Source: Marinimicrobium sp.
Lineage (GTDB): Bacteria > Pseudomonadota > Gammaproteobacteria > Pseudomonadales > Cellvibrionaceae
Assembly (NCBI GenBank): GCA_050486405.1
Contig: JBJHDF010000004.1
Location: forward strand, 118,316 to 182,315
DNA: 64,000 bases
Direction of reading: 5' to 3'
Part shown: one piece after another, positions 9,327 through 20,684 of the stretch
Layout of the letters: every line of letters starts with the position of its first letter
Position numbering within the stretch: the first letter of the stretch is position 1
The notes under the pieces: generated by a model
The model's input: the letters and a program-made list of their open reading frames with translations, nothing else
The model's database searches: none
Told to the model about the DNA's origin: nothing
Made by a program: the position numbers and the translations under genes

Positions 9327-10593
9327 TCAGTTGGTCTATATCACTTTGGCTGATGTCAAACAGTTCCCGGGCGAACTGCAGTGTATCCACGCGGCCGTTG
9401 GCACCGGCGTCCTTGAGTGTGGAAGTGGGTGTGTGCAACAGCTTGTTGGTCAGGTTGCGCGCCAGTTGTGCGAGCACTTCCCGGCTGTCGGTGCCGGATT
9501 CCAACGCCCGCAGCGCCCGCTCCAGTTCGGCGTCGCGCAACTGTTCCGCCTTGTTGCGGTAGGCGCGAATGGTGGCCACGGCATTCAGTGCGCGCAACTC
9601 CCGCTGGTACTGCACCACACCCTCGGCGATGATCTGCTCCGCCAGACCCGCCGCTTCCACCCGGGACTGGCGGTTTTTGTCGATCACCGCGTGCAGGTCA
9701 TCCACCGTGTACAGGTAGACGTCGTCCAGATCGCCCACCTCTTCCTCGATATCCCGGGGCACCGCAATGTCCAGCATGAACATGGGTTTGTGCCGGCGCT
9801 TCTTCAGGGCCGACTCCACCGCGCCCTTGCCCAGCAGGGGCAACTGGCTGGCGGTGGAGGAAATGACGATGTCCGCCCGGGCCAGGTGCTCGGGAATATC
9901 GGCCAGCAATATGGCCTCGGCGCCCACATCCTCGGCCAGGCGCCGCGCCCGCTCCAGGGTGCGGTTGGCGACGATCATTTTTTTGATGCCCTGCTCCTTC
10001 AGGTGCCGGGCCACCAGGTCGATGGTTTCACCGGCACCGATCAGCAGGGCCGTATCCTCCTTGAGATCGGAGAAAATCTGTTGCGCCAGGCTCACCGCCG
10101 CGTAGGCGACGGACACCGGATGCTCGCCGATGGCGGTCTCCGAGCGCACCCGCTTGGCCACCGCCAGCACCTGCTGAAAGGTGCTGTGCAACAGGCTGCC
10201 CACCGTGCCCTCCTCCCGGGCCAGGGCGTAAGCGGATTTCATCTGCCCCAGTATCTGCGGCTCGCCCAGTACCAATGAATCCAGCCCGCCGGCGACTTTC
10301 ATCATGTGCCGCACCGCTTCTTCACCGGCATGGCAGTAGTAGCAGCGGTCCAACTCCTCTCTCTGAATGGTGCTGTGGCTCACCAGCCAGTCCAACAACG
10401 CCTCCTGCGCCACCTGGCTGCTGACGTAGATCTCGGTGCGGTTACAGGTGGACAGTATGGCGATCTCGTCCACCCCGGCTTTTTCCCGGGCGTCGCGCAG
10501 CGCCAGAGGCAGGGCCTCCGGCGCAAAGGCCACCCGTTCGCGCAGCGCCAGCGGTGCCGTATTGTGGTTGATGCCGAAGGCAAGCAGGGTCAT
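9286..10593 (-). CDS. hemA: Glutamyl-tRNA reductase
   Basis: 435 aa. [14 protein letters not shown] start, TCNRTEIY active-site Cys motif, GAGE NADPH loop. The 3' end overlaps the prfA start by 41 nt. Confidence 0.92.
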   Translation of the reverse strand: MTLLAFGINHNTAPLALRERVAFAPEALPLALRDAREKAGVDEIAILSTCNRTEIYVSSQVAQEALLDWLVSHSTIQREELDRCYYCHAGEEAVRHMMKVAGGLDSLVLGEPQILGQMKSAYALAREEGTVGSLLHSTFQQVLAVAKRVRSETAIGEHPVSVAYAAVSLAQQIFSDLKEDTALLIGAGETIDLVARHLKEQGIKKMIVANRTLERARRLAEDVGAEAILLADIPEHLARADIVISSTASQLPLLGKGAVESALKKRRHKPMFMLDIAVPRDIEEEVGDLDDVYLYTVDDLHAVIDKNRQSRVEAAGLAEQIIAEGVVQYQRELRALNAVATIRAYRNKAEQLRDAELERALRALESGTDSREVLAQLARNLTNKLLHTPTSTLKDAGANGRVDTLQFARELFDISQSDIDQLNESIDSGKTRTSE

Positions 10594-10779
10594 GGAGTCT
10601 TTGCGCGGCCGGTCTTGTCCAATAAAGGGTTGTCATTGTAACCCACGCCAGTCGGAGCTACGAGGGCCAGCGCTGGCGGTGGCCATCCGGGACGGCTAAG
10701 TTTATGATGGTGTCCCGGACCACAGCCACCCGCAGTACAGCGGCCACAGGCCGCCGCAACCAAACAGTAGGAACGACGA

Positions 10780-12507
10780 GTGACCGCAAGATCCATCCAG
10801 ATCCTCGCCCTGAGCCTGATTCTGGCGCTGGCGGGCTGTGCCCGGCAGCCGGTGGCGCCCCAGGAAGAGCAACTGCGGCCGACGGACCAGGTCCGCGTGC
10901 CCGCCGCCGAGTTGGCACCTGCTCGGCCCTTCACCAGTGACACACTCTACGCCCTGCTGGCCGCCGAAATCGCCGGTTCCCGGGAAATGTACGACATAGC
11001 CCTGGCCAACTATGTCCAGCAGGCGCACCTGACCCGCGACCCCCAGGTGGCGGCCCGGGCCACTTTGATCGCACGCTTTATGAACGCCGATGAGCTGGCG
11101 CTGGAGACGGCCCTGCTCTGGGCGGAAGTGGCACCAGAGGACAGCGAGGCACAACTCACGGCAACGCTGGGACTCATCGAAGCCGGGCGCCTGCAGGAAG
11201 CTTTTGACAAGGCCCGGCACATGCACGCCCGGGGCGATGAAATGCTGTTCCAGAACATCGCCGCCCGCAGCGACGGCATCACCCGGGCGCAGCGCGAACA
11301 GCTGCTGGAGGGCTACCTGGGCCTGCTGCAGCAACACCCCGACAATCTACAGTTGCTGATCGGCGCCGGACTGTTGCTGCAACAGCAGGAGCAGCAGCCG
11401 GAAGCGCTGACGTATGCGCGCCGCGCCCTGGCGCTGGACCCCGGCAGCGTGCACGCCAGCCTGCTGTTCTCCAGCCTGCTCTACGAAACCGGCGAGCCCG
11501 ACAAGGCCGTGCGGCACCTGGAGCGACAACTGGCGAGAAACCCCGACAGTTTGCGCCTGCGGCTGCACTTGGCGCGCATTCTGTCCCAGGTGGACCTGGA
11601 ACGAGCCCAGCGGGAGTTCTCACAACTGGTTGACCAATCCCCCCACGACCCGGATCTGCTGCTGTCCCTGGGATTGGTGGCACTGGAGCGGGAGGACTTC
11701 ACCGTGGCCCAGGACGCCTTCGAAGGTCTGCTCGAGGACGGCCATTACACCTCCAGCGCCCACTATTACCTGGGTAATATTGCCGAGCAGCGAGACAATG
11801 CCTCCCTGGCTCTGATTCACTACCTGCAGGTCAGAGACGGTGCCGAATTCTACTCGGCGGCCATGAATGCTCTGACAATACTGGCCCGGCAGGGTGATCT
11901 GGCCAGCGCCCGGCAACACATGGATCGTCTGCGGCAGCGCTTCCCGGACCACGCCGAACGCCTGTATCTGGCCCAGGTACAGATACTCACTGAAACGGAC
12001 CAGGCCGACGAGGCCGACGCCATCCTGGACGAAGGGCTGAAAGCCCACCCCGCGAGCATCATGTTGCTCTACGCCCGGGCCATGATGCGCCACCAGCGGG
12101 ACAACCTGAACGGTGCCGAGGCGGACCTGCGCGCCATCATCGACCTGGACCCCGACAACGCCATGGCGCTGAACGCCCTGGGCTATATCCTCACGGACCG
12201 CACCGATCGCCACGAAGAAGCCTTCGAATTGATCACCAAGGCCCTGAGCATCGAGCCTGAAGACCCCGCCATCATCGACAGCATGGGCTGGGTGCACTAC
12301 CGCCTGGGCAATCTGGACAAGGCCGTGTCCTACCTGCAGCGGGCCATGGAACTCTATCCCGACCACGAAATCGCCTCGCATCTGGGCGAGGTACTCTGGG
12401 TGCTGGGAGAGAAGGAGCAGGCCCGGGAAGTCTGGCAGCAGGGGCTGGAGCTCAAGCCGGACAGCCCCATCATCCGCGAAGCCATGGAGCGCCTGACGGG
12501 TGAATAG
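10780..12507 (+). CDS. TPR-repeat lipoprotein (conserved partner upstream of lolB)
   Basis: 575 aa with a GTG start. Lipobox LALAGC followed by many TPR units. Overlaps the lolB start by 8 nt, as in pseudomonad hemA-divergent clusters. Confidence 0.8.
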   Translation: MTARSIQILALSLILALAGCARQPVAPQEEQLRPTDQVRVPAAELAPARPFTSDTLYALLAAEIAGSREMYDIALANYVQQAHLTRDPQVAARATLIARFMNADELALETALLWAEVAPEDSEAQLTATLGLIEAGRLQEAFDKARHMHARGDEMLFQNIAARSDGITRAQREQLLEGYLGLLQQHPDNLQLLIGAGLLLQQQEQQPEALTYARRALALDPGSVHASLLFSSLLYETGEPDKAVRHLERQLARNPDSLRLRLHLARILSQVDLERAQREFSQLVDQSPHDPDLLLSLGLVALEREDFTVAQDAFEGLLEDGHYTSSAHYYLGNIAEQRDNASLALIHYLQVRDGAEFYSAAMNALTILARQGDLASARQHMDRLRQRFPDHAERLYLAQVQILTETDQADEADAILDEGLKAHPASIMLLYARAMMRHQRDNLNGAEADLRAIIDLDPDNAMALNALGYILTDRTDRHEEAFELITKALSIEPEDPAIIDSMGWVHYRLGNLDKAVSYLQRAMELYPDHEIASHLGEVLWVLGEKEQAREVWQQGLELKPDSPIIREAMERLTGE

Positions 12508-13105
12508 CCGTGTTCTCGCGGTTGCCCTGCTGTGCCTGTTGGTCACCGGCTGCACCCTGCCCCGGGTGGAACCACTGGATGACTGGAATGAACACCGCGC
12601 CCTGCTGGAGCAACTGGACCAATGGCAACTCACCGGCAGACTGGGCGTGCGCGTGCCCGGTGACAGCGGCAGCGCCAATCTGCGCTGGGAACACAGCGGC
12701 GACCACTACCGCCTGGATCTCAGCGGCCCGCTGGGGCAGGGCAGATTCCGCATCACCGGCCGACCTGGCGAAATCACCCTGGAACAGGCCGGCCGGGAGC
12801 CCATCACCTCCGCCAGTGCCGAAGACCTGATCTGGGAGGCCACCGGCTGGATACTGCCGGTGGATCATCTGGTGTATTGGGTCAAGGGCATCCCCAGCCC
12901 GGACAGCGCCGTACAATCCCGCCGCTACAACGAACAGGGACTGCTGGAAGAACTGCAACAGGCCCACTGGCAACTGAGCTACGACCGCTACAGCGACAGC
13001 GCCGGCATACCCCTGCCCGGCCGCATCATCGCCCAGCGCAACGATCGCAGCGGCGACATCCGGTTGACGCTGTTGATACGGCAGTGGGAGATCGACAATC
13101 AGTGA
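12500..13105 (+). CDS. lolB: Outer-membrane lipoprotein LolB
   Basis: 201 aa with a GTG start. Lipobox LLVTGC. Assigned from size and its position between the TPR gene and ispE. Confidence 0.8.
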   Translation: MNSRVLAVALLCLLVTGCTLPRVEPLDDWNEHRALLEQLDQWQLTGRLGVRVPGDSGSANLRWEHSGDHYRLDLSGPLGQGRFRITGRPGEITLEQAGREPITSASAEDLIWEATGWILPVDHLVYWVKGIPSPDSAVQSRRYNEQGLLEELQQAHWQLSYDRYSDSAGIPLPGRIIAQRNDRSGDIRLTLLIRQWEIDNQ

Positions 13106-14274
13106 CCTGCTTCGGCCGGTTTCTGGTCCCGCTCCGCCTCGGCCATAACCCTGCGCCGATACTGCGATGGCGGCTCGCCCACCACCCGTTTAAAAAACCG
13201 CTGAAACGCCGACTGACTGTTGAAACCCGCCGCCTGGGCGATATCCAATATGGTCATTCTCTGGTCGCTGCGCAACAGCCGCTTTACCTCTTCCACTCTG
13301 AGCTGATTGATAAACTCAAAAAAGTTTTTGCCGTAATGCCGATTGAGGATAAAGGACACATCCCGCGCCTTCAAGCCACAGATTTCCGCAAAGCGCTCCA
13401 GGTTGACCTGGCTGTTCAGGTAAACGGATTTGTCGGCGATGGCGGCTTCTATTTGCGCCAGCTTTTGCTCCATATTGCCGATCGAGTCCGAACCCGATGT
13501 GCCGGACCACAAGCCAGACTTCAACAATAACTTCCGACCACTGAACAGTGCGACAAGAAAAAGGCCATTGATCAGTAACACCGTGAAATAATTATTGGCC
13601 ACACCCAACAGGTGGTTTGCCTGACCGCTGACATAATCGGACAGCTGAAAGGCGGTAAAGGACCAAAACGAATGGATGAAGAATCCCGCAACAATGATGT
13701 CAGCCCACCGCAGCTGCCAGGATGATATATCAGAGTGCGCCTGTCCTATCTGCCTGCGCAACTGGCGCTCAGCCCAAATACACGCCAGCACATACACGAT
13801 CGGCCAGGCCTTAAAAAATCTCCATATCCAAAATATAACAGTATGCTTGCTCTCCGGTATATGCGGCCAATTCCACGGCAACCAGTCGTAAACGCGCACA
13901 TTCAACGCGAGCATGATACTCGCGACGGCAACCGCCGGGATCAAATGCATGGCGCTGCGCCAGTGCCAAAGCACAAGATCTTCCGAAAGCGAACGCAGAT
14001 AAGCATATAGCGCCGGACCCTGCATTAACAGGCAGAACATCAACAACGCCGGCACCAGTGAAGACTGGGCGACAGGTCCTGCTTGCAGGTACTCGTTCCA
14101 AATAACCAAGGTGGCAATCAGAGTGCCCGCCACCAGCAGAAAAAACACCGCCAACAAGTAATTGGGCTGCTTTCTCTTTCTCGGCCACAAGAGCAGAATC
14201 AAGCAAAGGAACAGTATTTCCAGAACGGTAAACAGAATAATTATTTCATGAGCATTGAGAAAGGTACTTCTCAT
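13099..14274 (-). CDS. AraC-family transcriptional regulator with N-terminal multi-TM domain
   Basis: About 391 aa from ATG 14274. Six to eight hydrophobic helices, then a C-terminal AraC HTH (ILDIAQAAGFNSQSAFQRFFKR). Visibly AT-richer than its flanks. The 3' end overlaps the lolB stop by 7 nt (convergent). Confidence 0.8.
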   Translation of the reverse strand: MRSTFLNAHEIIILFTVLEILFLCLILLLWPRKRKQPNYLLAVFFLLVAGTLIATLVIWNEYLQAGPVAQSSLVPALLMFCLLMQGPALYAYLRSLSEDLVLWHWRSAMHLIPAVAVASIMLALNVRVYDWLPWNWPHIPESKHTVIFWIWRFFKAWPIVYVLACIWAERQLRRQIGQAHSDISSWQLRWADIIVAGFFIHSFWSFTAFQLSDYVSGQANHLLGVANNYFTVLLINGLFLVALFSGRKLLLKSGLWSGTSGSDSIGNMEQKLAQIEAAIADKSVYLNSQVNLERFAEICGLKARDVSFILNRHYGKNFFEFINQLRVEEVKRLLRSDQRMTILDIAQAAGFNSQSAFQRFFKRVVGEPPSQYRRRVMAEAERDQKPAEAGH

Positions 14275-14373
14275 CTTATTATTGGCACCCAAACAAATAA
14301 CGCCGCATGCTAACACAGGCGGTCCCTGACAATAAAGTCAGAGACCGCCTGTGTAAATTAGAGCCTTGCCGGG

Positions 14374-16200
14374 TTAATCGTCGATATGGGTGATACGGAA
14401 CCAGTTGATATTCCAGCCGCCACTGGTCGCGGCTATGCCAAAGCCATGACTACCCGCAGACAACTGCACCTGGTGGGTCACCGTCACCCACTGCTGCCAA
14501 CCGCCAGTGGCCGGAAAGCTGACCGAGCCGTGGACCACGGCGCCACCAGCTTCCTCAAGACGCAGGCTGCCACCGCTGGACAGACTCGCCACCCGATAGG
14601 CGATTTCATAGGTACCGCTGACCGGAATCTCAACCGGGGTGTCAACATAGGACAACCAATCGCCAGCGTCGATCCAGCCGACGTTGTAACCGCCGCCCAC
14701 ATCACTGGTAGGCTCTGTCTGGATACCACTCATGTAGCTGTAATTTTCCGCCTGTATCGTGGCAATCTCGCCAAGACCAGGACCGGGGCCGGGCCCCGCA
14801 CCAGCCGGCTCAATGCCGATCCAGTTGAGATTCCAGCCACCGTTAACAGCGGCGATGGCAATGTCCTGTTCGCCGGCGGGCAACGCAACCTCATGGAATA
14901 CCGTTGTCCAGGTTTGCCATCCCCCGGTTACCGGCAGTGAAAGGCTGCCATACTGCGGAAAGCCCCCGGCGGCTTCAAGCTGCAACAACCCGGTGTCCTG
15001 GAGAGCCGCCACCCGGTAGCTGACCCGGTAGTTGCCGCCGGCGGGCACATTGATGCGGTAGGTCAGCCAGTCGCCGGCGTCGATCCAGCCCACGTTTAAG
15101 CCGCCACCCGTATCGCTGGTGGGTTCGGTTTGAATGCCGCTCATGGCGCAATAATTCTCGGCCACCAGGACGCCGGGGATCTGCACCAGGTCGCATGCCG
15201 GTGGCGGCTCTGTGCCCCCGCCCAGCGGCGGCCAGTCCCGCACCAAATCCCTGACAAAGGCGCCGGAAGCGGTATAGTCGCCACTGCTCCAGCCACCATT
15301 GGGGTTGGCGCCCGGCACCAGCGCCGAGGCACCTTCGAGCTTGTCGTTCAGGGCCCAGTTGGCATGGCTGATATTGTTGTTGCGCAGAAAGTCCATCCAG
15401 GCGTAGGTTTCACTGTAGTCCACACCGCCGTCGCCGTCGGCATTGACCGTGCCCCACTCGGTGACAAACAACGCCAGCCCCTGGTTCAGGGCATACTGCG
15501 CCTTGTCCCTGAGAAACTGACCGTGGGTACCGGCATAGAAATGCAGGCTGTAGGCGATATTGTTGTAGCCGGTGATGGGGTCATTGGCAGCGGCATCCAC
15601 ATCCTGGGACCAGTTGGGCGTACCGACGACAATCAGGTTGGCGGGGTCGATGGCGCGAATGGCCGCGATAACCGTTTCCGAATAGGGTTTGAGGGTGTGA
15701 CTCCAAGATACATTCAAGGGCTCATTGTAAATCTCGTAGATCACGTTGTTGTGATGCCCATACTCCTGGGCCATGAGTTGAAAGAACTGCACCGCCTGCT
15801 GGGTGTGGTGCTCGGCGTGATGGCTGTGCCAGTCGATAATGACATACATGTCGTTGGCGATGGCCGCATCGACCACGGTTCTTACCTTGGCCAGATTGCC
15901 GGCCGGATCATCGAGGTAGCCACCCGGGTCTTCGACGCCCATGGCGGCGCGGATCAGATTGGCGTTCCAATCGTTTCTTGCCGTGGCAACGGCACCCGGG
16001 GTATAGAATTTCTCGCCACCCCAGTTGTTGTTGCTCCAGAACAGGCTGGGGCCGGCGATACTGCCCGGCTGGCCACCAAACAGCACCTGATTGCCCTGAA
16101 CGGTGATCGGGGCAACCTGCGACATGGCGTGACCGGCCAAAAACAACAGCAGCGCGCCTGCTAAATGGACCAGAAATCTGGTCAATGGAGAGTTTTTCAT
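14374..16200 (-). CDS. Secreted GH5 endo-beta-1,4-glucanase with two C-terminal CBM6 modules
   Basis: 608 aa from ATG 16200 ([15 protein letters not shown], signal peptide). GH5 acid/base YEIYNEP and nucleophile FVTEWGT. Two repeats of [26 protein letters not shown] (CBM6-like) separated by a Gly/Pro linker. Confidence 0.88.
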   Translation of the reverse strand: MKNSPLTRFLVHLAGALLLFLAGHAMSQVAPITVQGNQVLFGGQPGSIAGPSLFWSNNNWGGEKFYTPGAVATARNDWNANLIRAAMGVEDPGGYLDDPAGNLAKVRTVVDAAIANDMYVIIDWHSHHAEHHTQQAVQFFQLMAQEYGHHNNVIYEIYNEPLNVSWSHTLKPYSETVIAAIRAIDPANLIVVGTPNWSQDVDAAANDPITGYNNIAYSLHFYAGTHGQFLRDKAQYALNQGLALFVTEWGTVNADGDGGVDYSETYAWMDFLRNNNISHANWALNDKLEGASALVPGANPNGGWSSGDYTASGAFVRDLVRDWPPLGGGTEPPPACDLVQIPGVLVAENYCAMSGIQTEPTSDTGGGLNVGWIDAGDWLTYRINVPAGGNYRVSYRVAALQDTGLLQLEAAGGFPQYGSLSLPVTGGWQTWTTVFHEVALPAGEQDIAIAAVNGGWNLNWIGIEPAGAGPGPGPGLGEIATIQAENYSYMSGIQTEPTSDVGGGYNVGWIDAGDWLSYVDTPVEIPVSGTYEIAYRVASLSSGGSLRLEEAGGAVVHGSVSFPATGGWQQWVTVTHQVQLSAGSHGFGIAATSGGWNINWFRITHIDD

Positions 16201-16362
16201 AGCGTTGGTCTCTATTCTAATAATTGCCTTGATAACTGCCCCCTGGGGAGGCAGCAACGCCCTATTAGAACGAACGCCACCCACCGCAAACCACCTACTT
16301 TGCGCGAGCGCCGAAAGTGGGCACCCTGGAGTCAGCCGCCGATAGAAAGCTATAATCCCCCC

Positions 16363-17223
16363 ATGAACCGCACCCCTCTCACGCTGCTGTCTCCGGCCAA
16401 GCTCAATCTGTTCCTGCACATCACCGGCCGGCGAGCGGACGGTTACCACAACCTGCAAACCCTGTTTCAGTTGCTGGATTACGGCGACACCCTGCACTTT
16501 ACCCCCCGCCCGGACAACACCATCACCCTGGAGCCGTCGCTGCCTGGCGTCGCCGCGGAGCACAACCTGATACTGCGCGCGGCGCGCCAACTCCAGCCGC
16601 TGGCGACCGGCGCTCCCGGGGTGGACATTCGCCTGGAAAAACGGCTGCCCCTGGGCGGCGGTCTCGGCGGTGGCAGCAGCAATGCGGCCACCGCCCTGGT
16701 GGCCCTGAATCACCTCTGGCAATGTGGGCAGTCGACCCGTCAACTCCAGGCACTGGGACTGTCCCTGGGCGCCGATGTACCGGTGTTTGTCCAGGGCCGC
16801 AGCGCCTGGGCCGAAGGGGTGGGCGAACAGCTCAGCCCCCTGTCCCTGCCGGATCGCTGGTACCTGGTTTTGACCCCGGATTGTCGGGTCTCAACGGCGG
16901 AAATTTTCGCCCACAAGGATTTGACAAGAGGCACCCCTGACATTACAGTAGCGGCCTTCCTGGAACAGGGTGGTCGAAATGACTGCCAAAACCTGGTGAG
17001 GCGGCTCTACCCCGCGGTTGACGAGGCCCTTGACTGGCTGTGTAAAACGGCCGGCAACGCCCGACTGACAGGCACCGGAGCCAGCGTCTTTGCCAGCTTC
17101 GACAGCGCCGAAGCCGCCCATCGGATACTGGCAAAAGCCCCGTCTCATCTGCCCGGTTTTACCGCCCGGGGGATAGACAGCTCACCGGTACACCGGTTGC
17201 TCGAGCAACCACCAGGACACTGA
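16363..17223 (+). CDS. ispE: 4-diphosphocytidyl-2-C-methyl-D-erythritol kinase
   Basis: 286 aa from ATG 16363. [19 protein letters not shown] and the GHMP motif [14 protein letters not shown]. Confidence 0.93.
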   Translation: MNRTPLTLLSPAKLNLFLHITGRRADGYHNLQTLFQLLDYGDTLHFTPRPDNTITLEPSLPGVAAEHNLILRAARQLQPLATGAPGVDIRLEKRLPLGGGLGGGSSNAATALVALNHLWQCGQSTRQLQALGLSLGADVPVFVQGRSAWAEGVGEQLSPLSLPDRWYLVLTPDCRVSTAEIFAHKDLTRGTPDITVAAFLEQGGRNDCQNLVRRLYPAVDEALDWLCKTAGNARLTGTGASVFASFDSAEAAHRILAKAPSHLPGFTARGIDSSPVHRLLEQPPGH

Positions 17224-17228
17224 ACCAC

Positions 17229-17303
17229 TGGGGCGTAGCCAAGCGGTAAGGCAGCGGGTTTTGATCCCGTCATGCGAAGGTTCGAATCCTTCCGCCCCAG
17301 CCA
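17229..17303 (+). tRNA. tRNA-Gln (anticodon TTG)
   Basis: 75-nt cloverleaf. TGGGGCG acceptor stem, anticodon loop TTTTGAT, T-arm GAAGGTTCGAATCCTTC, CCA end. ispE-tRNAGln-prs position is conserved in pseudomonads. Confidence 0.93.
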
Positions 17304-17409
17304 TATTCCGATCTGTTGGCCCACGGGCCGGCTTCGCGCGCAGCCAGCGCTGTCGCAGCACCCGCCTGAAGCCCCAGACCAGAATTGCAGCCCAGAAAAG
17401 GTACCCGAC

Positions 17410-18351
17410 GTGACAGAGCTGATGGTCTTTACCGGCAACGCCAATCCGGCGCTGGCGCAGGCAATCGTCGATCACTTGGGCCTCACCCTGGGTGAAGCCT
17501 CGGTGGAAAAATTCTCCGACGGTGAGATCTGCGTCGAGCTGCTGTGCAATGTCCGCGGTCGCGACGTTTTTGTGGTCCAGCCCACCTGCGCCCCCACCAA
17601 CGACAATCTGATGGAACTGATGGTGATGGTGGACGCCCTGCGCCGGGCCTCCGCCGGGCGTATTACCGCGGTGGTGCCCTACTTCGGCTACGCCCGCCAG
17701 GATCGCCGGGTGCGCTCTGCCCGGGTGCCCATCACTGCCAAGGTGGTGGCCGATATGATGGTGGGCGCCGGCGTCGATCGGGTGCTGACGGTGGACCTGC
17801 ACGCCGAACAGATCCAGGGCTTTTTCGACGTGCCGGTGGACAACGTCTACGGCTCGCCGGTGCTGCTGGAAGACATTGAGAAACAGCGCTTCAAGAATCT
17901 CGTGGTGGTGTCGCCGGATATCGGCGGCGTGGTGCGCGCCCGGGCTGTGGCCAAACAGCTGGGCATCGACCTGGCCATTATCGACAAGCGGCGCCCCACC
18001 AACAACGTGGCGGAAATCATGAACATCATCGGCGAGGTGGAAGGTCGCACCTGTTTGCTGGTGGACGATATGGTGGACACCGCCGGCACCCTGTGTAACG
18101 CCGCCAAGGCCCTGAAAGCCGAAGGTGCGGTCAAGGTAGTGGCCTACTGTACCCACCCAGTCCTCTCGGGCAACGCCATCGAGAACCTGAACAAATCGCA
18201 ACTGGACGAGTTGGTGGTCACCGATTCGATTCCATTGAACGGCGCCGCCACCGAATGCCCGCGCATTCGCCAGTTGACACTGTCAAAAATGCTCGCCGAG
18301 GCCATGCGCCGGCTGAGCAACGAAGAATCCCTGAGCGCCATGTTTCGCTGA
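17410..18351 (+). CDS. prs: Ribose-phosphate pyrophosphokinase
   Basis: GTG 17410 gives 313 aa ([13 protein letters not shown]); the alternative ATG 17422 gives 309 aa. PRPP-binding loop [12 protein letters not shown]. Confidence 0.92.
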   Translation: MTELMVFTGNANPALAQAIVDHLGLTLGEASVEKFSDGEICVELLCNVRGRDVFVVQPTCAPTNDNLMELMVMVDALRRASAGRITAVVPYFGYARQDRRVRSARVPITAKVVADMMVGAGVDRVLTVDLHAEQIQGFFDVPVDNVYGSPVLLEDIEKQRFKNLVVVSPDIGGVVRARAVAKQLGIDLAIIDKRRPTNNVAEIMNIIGEVEGRTCLLVDDMVDTAGTLCNAAKALKAEGAVKVVAYCTHPVLSGNAIENLNKSQLDELVVTDSIPLNGAATECPRIRQLTLSKMLAEAMRRLSNEESLSAMFR

Positions 18352-18380
18352 TTGGCAAAACCTGGCGCTCGGACAAGTGG

Positions 18381-18407
18381 CCGCTTCATGGGAAGTGGCT
18401 TTTTTTA
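18381..18407 (+). terminator. Rho-independent terminator after prs
   Basis: 7-bp stem ccgcttc / gaagtgg (one G-U pair), 4-nt loop, then cTTTTTTT. Confidence 0.6.
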
Positions 18408-18504
18408 TCTGTATCCGCAGCCTGATGAAAGCACGGAACAGAGACAACACCCAAGGGTAATTCTGGTCGCGGATTCCCGAGGGTATAGCATTGAGGACCC
18501 AACC

Positions 18505-19152
18505 ATGTCTGAAGATTTTGTATTGCATGCCGAGGCCCGTGACGACAAGGGGAAAGGTGCGAGCCGCCGCCTGCGTCGTCTGGCCGGATTGGTGCCGGGT
18601 ATTGTTTACGGCGGCACCAAAAAGCCCACCAGCATCAGCGTCAACCACAAGGACCTGCTGAAGCACCTGGAGAACGAAGCGTTCTTTTCGCACATTATCA
18701 GCCTGAACATCGGCGATAAGGCGGAAGACGTGATTCTCAAGGATCTGCAGCGCCACCCGGCCAAGCCGGTTGTGCTGCACGTGGACTTTCTGCGGGTTTC
18801 CAAAACCAAGAAACTGCAGACCAGCGTACCGCTGCACTTCATCAACGAAGACACCTGTATCGGCGTCAAGCAGCAGGGCGGCAATATCGTGCACAGTATG
18901 GTGCAACTGGAAATCAGCTGTCTGCCCGGCGATCTGCCCGAGTACATCGAAGTGGATCTGGCCAACGCCAAAATCGGTGACATCCTGCACATCTCCGATC
19001 TGACCCTGCCCAAGGGCGTCACCTCGGTTGCCCTGAGCCACGGCGCGGACCACGACCTGCCGGTAGTGTCCGTGAACAAGCCCAAGGGTGCTTCCGCCGA
19101 CGATGCAGACGGTGCCGAGGGCGAAGCCAAGGACGACAATCAGGAAAGCTGA
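18505..19152 (+). CDS. rplY: 50S ribosomal protein L25 / general stress protein Ctc
   Basis: 215 aa from ATG 18505. [15 protein letters not shown]-terminus, acidic C-terminal tail; lies between prs and pth. Confidence 0.9.
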   Translation: MSEDFVLHAEARDDKGKGASRRLRRLAGLVPGIVYGGTKKPTSISVNHKDLLKHLENEAFFSHIISLNIGDKAEDVILKDLQRHPAKPVVLHVDFLRVSKTKKLQTSVPLHFINEDTCIGVKQQGGNIVHSMVQLEISCLPGDLPEYIEVDLANAKIGDILHISDLTLPKGVTSVALSHGADHDLPVVSVNKPKGASADDADGAEGEAKDDNQES

Positions 19153-19163
19153 TTGTCTTCCTG

Positions 19164-19760
19164 ATGGCGGCAAGCAACGATACGCCTCTGCAACTGATCG
19201 TGGGCCTGGGCAATCCGGGCCCCGAGTATCACCGGACCCGTCACAATGCCGGGGCCGACTTTGTGGCAGAACTGGCGCGCCGCGAGGGCGCCAGTCTCAC
19301 CCCGGAAAACAAATTCTTCGGCCTCACCGGCCGCATTCACCTGCATGGCCAGGACCTGCGCCTGCTGATCCCCACCACCTTCATGAATCGCAGCGGTCAG
19401 GCCGTCGGCGCCGTGGCGCTGTTCTACAAGGTTCCCCCGGAGGCCATTCTGGTGGCCCACGACGAACTGGACCTGCCCCCCGGCGCGGCACGCCTGAAGC
19501 ACGGCGGCGGCCACGGCGGTCACAACGGCCTGCGCGACACCATCCGCGCGCTGGGCAACAATGCCAACTTCAACCGCCTGCGCCTGGGCATAGGCCACCC
19601 CGGCTCCGCCGCCCAGGTGGTGGGCTATGTACTGAAAAAGGCACCTGCCGATGAACAACAACTTATCGACGACGCCATCGACCGCGCCGCCGACATACTT
19701 CCCATCGCCGCCAAAGGCGACTGGGCCGGCGCCATGAATCGGTTGCATACCAAGAGCTGA
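19164..19760 (+). CDS. pth: Peptidyl-tRNA hydrolase
   Basis: 198 aa. LIVGLGNPG...YHRTRHNAG signature. Confidence 0.93.
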   Translation: MAASNDTPLQLIVGLGNPGPEYHRTRHNAGADFVAELARREGASLTPENKFFGLTGRIHLHGQDLRLLIPTTFMNRSGQAVGAVALFYKVPPEAILVAHDELDLPPGAARLKHGGGHGGHNGLRDTIRALGNNANFNRLRLGIGHPGSAAQVVGYVLKKAPADEQQLIDDAIDRAADILPIAAKGDWAGAMNRLHTKS

Positions 19761-19763
19761 TTG

Positions 19764-20564
19764 TCAGCCCTCGCCACTCAAGTCAAAAGTCCGCACAATC
19801 TCTTCAAACTCATCGTATTCCCGACCAGTATCAAAACGGCCATCGCCCGTGGTATCCAGACGATCGGACACCAGCAGTATGCCATCGAAGGTCTGCTCCT
19901 TGACCGGCCGCCGGGTTTGCGGGTGTAAAAAGGTGACGCGATGCAAGGTGCCGTATCGATAGTCGATCAACCGGTTGAAGTGCCCGTCGCCGTTGGTGTC
20001 CACCTCTTCGCTGGCGATGGAACCGCGATGATAGCGCCAGCGACTTTCAAAATAGCCGTCAAAGCGCATATCCTCCTCGCCCCGACTCACCAGGCCCTGG
20101 TGATCAAAGTACAGAATCAAGTCAACCTTGCCATCAAAGTTCCGGTCCTGCTCCATGCGCAGGGGACGACCGTTGACAAAAGTCCAGCGCTCATCCAGGC
20201 GACCGTCAAAGTTGTAATCCACCCCTTCATGGGTCACCGGTGTCTGGTAGTACCACAACATCAGCAGCGCTCCCACCGCAAAACCGCCCAGCGCCGACGT
20301 AAAGCTCGCCAATCCCCTGGCAGGCTTCTCTGATCCCGACTGCTGCGACTCGACCTGACGGGCATCCCAGTCGTCCATCAGTGCCTTGGCGGCCGGGTAG
20401 TCCCCCTCAGCCACCTTGATCCTCACCACCCCCATGGCCTGCAACTCCCCCGCGCCGCCCTGCAGGAATTCCCCCTCTATCTCCGCGTCTATGCCCTCCT
20501 GTCGCAGCATACCCACGATCATATGGGCTTCAAGGGTATTGGCGGCCTGGTAAAGTTCTCGCAT
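19764..20564 (-). CDS. Membrane-anchored protein: N-terminal DUF2007-like domain, one TM, five DxNxDG-type Ca-binding-like repeats
   Basis: 266 aa from ATG 20564 ([28 protein letters not shown]2007-like). TM helix [14 protein letters not shown]. Repeats [40 protein letters not shown]. Confidence 0.6.
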   Translation of the reverse strand: MRELYQAANTLEAHMIVGMLRQEGIDAEIEGEFLQGGAGELQAMGVVRIKVAEGDYPAAKALMDDWDARQVESQQSGSEKPARGLASFTSALGGFAVGALLMLWYYQTPVTHEGVDYNFDGRLDERWTFVNGRPLRMEQDRNFDGKVDLILYFDHQGLVSRGEEDMRFDGYFESRWRYHRGSIASEEVDTNGDGHFNRLIDYRYGTLHRVTFLHPQTRRPVKEQTFDGILLVSDRLDTTGDGRFDTGREYDEFEEIVRTFDLSGEG

Positions 20565-20684
20565 GGCGATGCTCCTTTTTTTGTAAACCGCAAGGATAAA
20601 GGGCCAGGCGGCGGAGTTCCAGACAGAGACCCGCCCCTGTATAATCCCCGGCCTGTTATCCACCCACACCAAACGGACCAGATC

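Noticed and set aside
10594-10779. The hemA / TPR divergent intergenic region scanned for riboswitch-like or repeat structure.
   Set aside because: Nothing beyond ordinary promoter-sized spacing was recognisable by eye.
14374-16743. Longest-ORF versions with long N-terminal extensions. Examples: 789 aa for the cellulase, 19764..21197, 16165..17223, 20523..21776, 51454..53145 and 613..2160.
   Set aside because: - The extensions run across neighbouring genes, promoters or terminators.
- They lack signal peptides or family similarity.
- Internal ATGs with SD-like sequences give proteins of canonical length.
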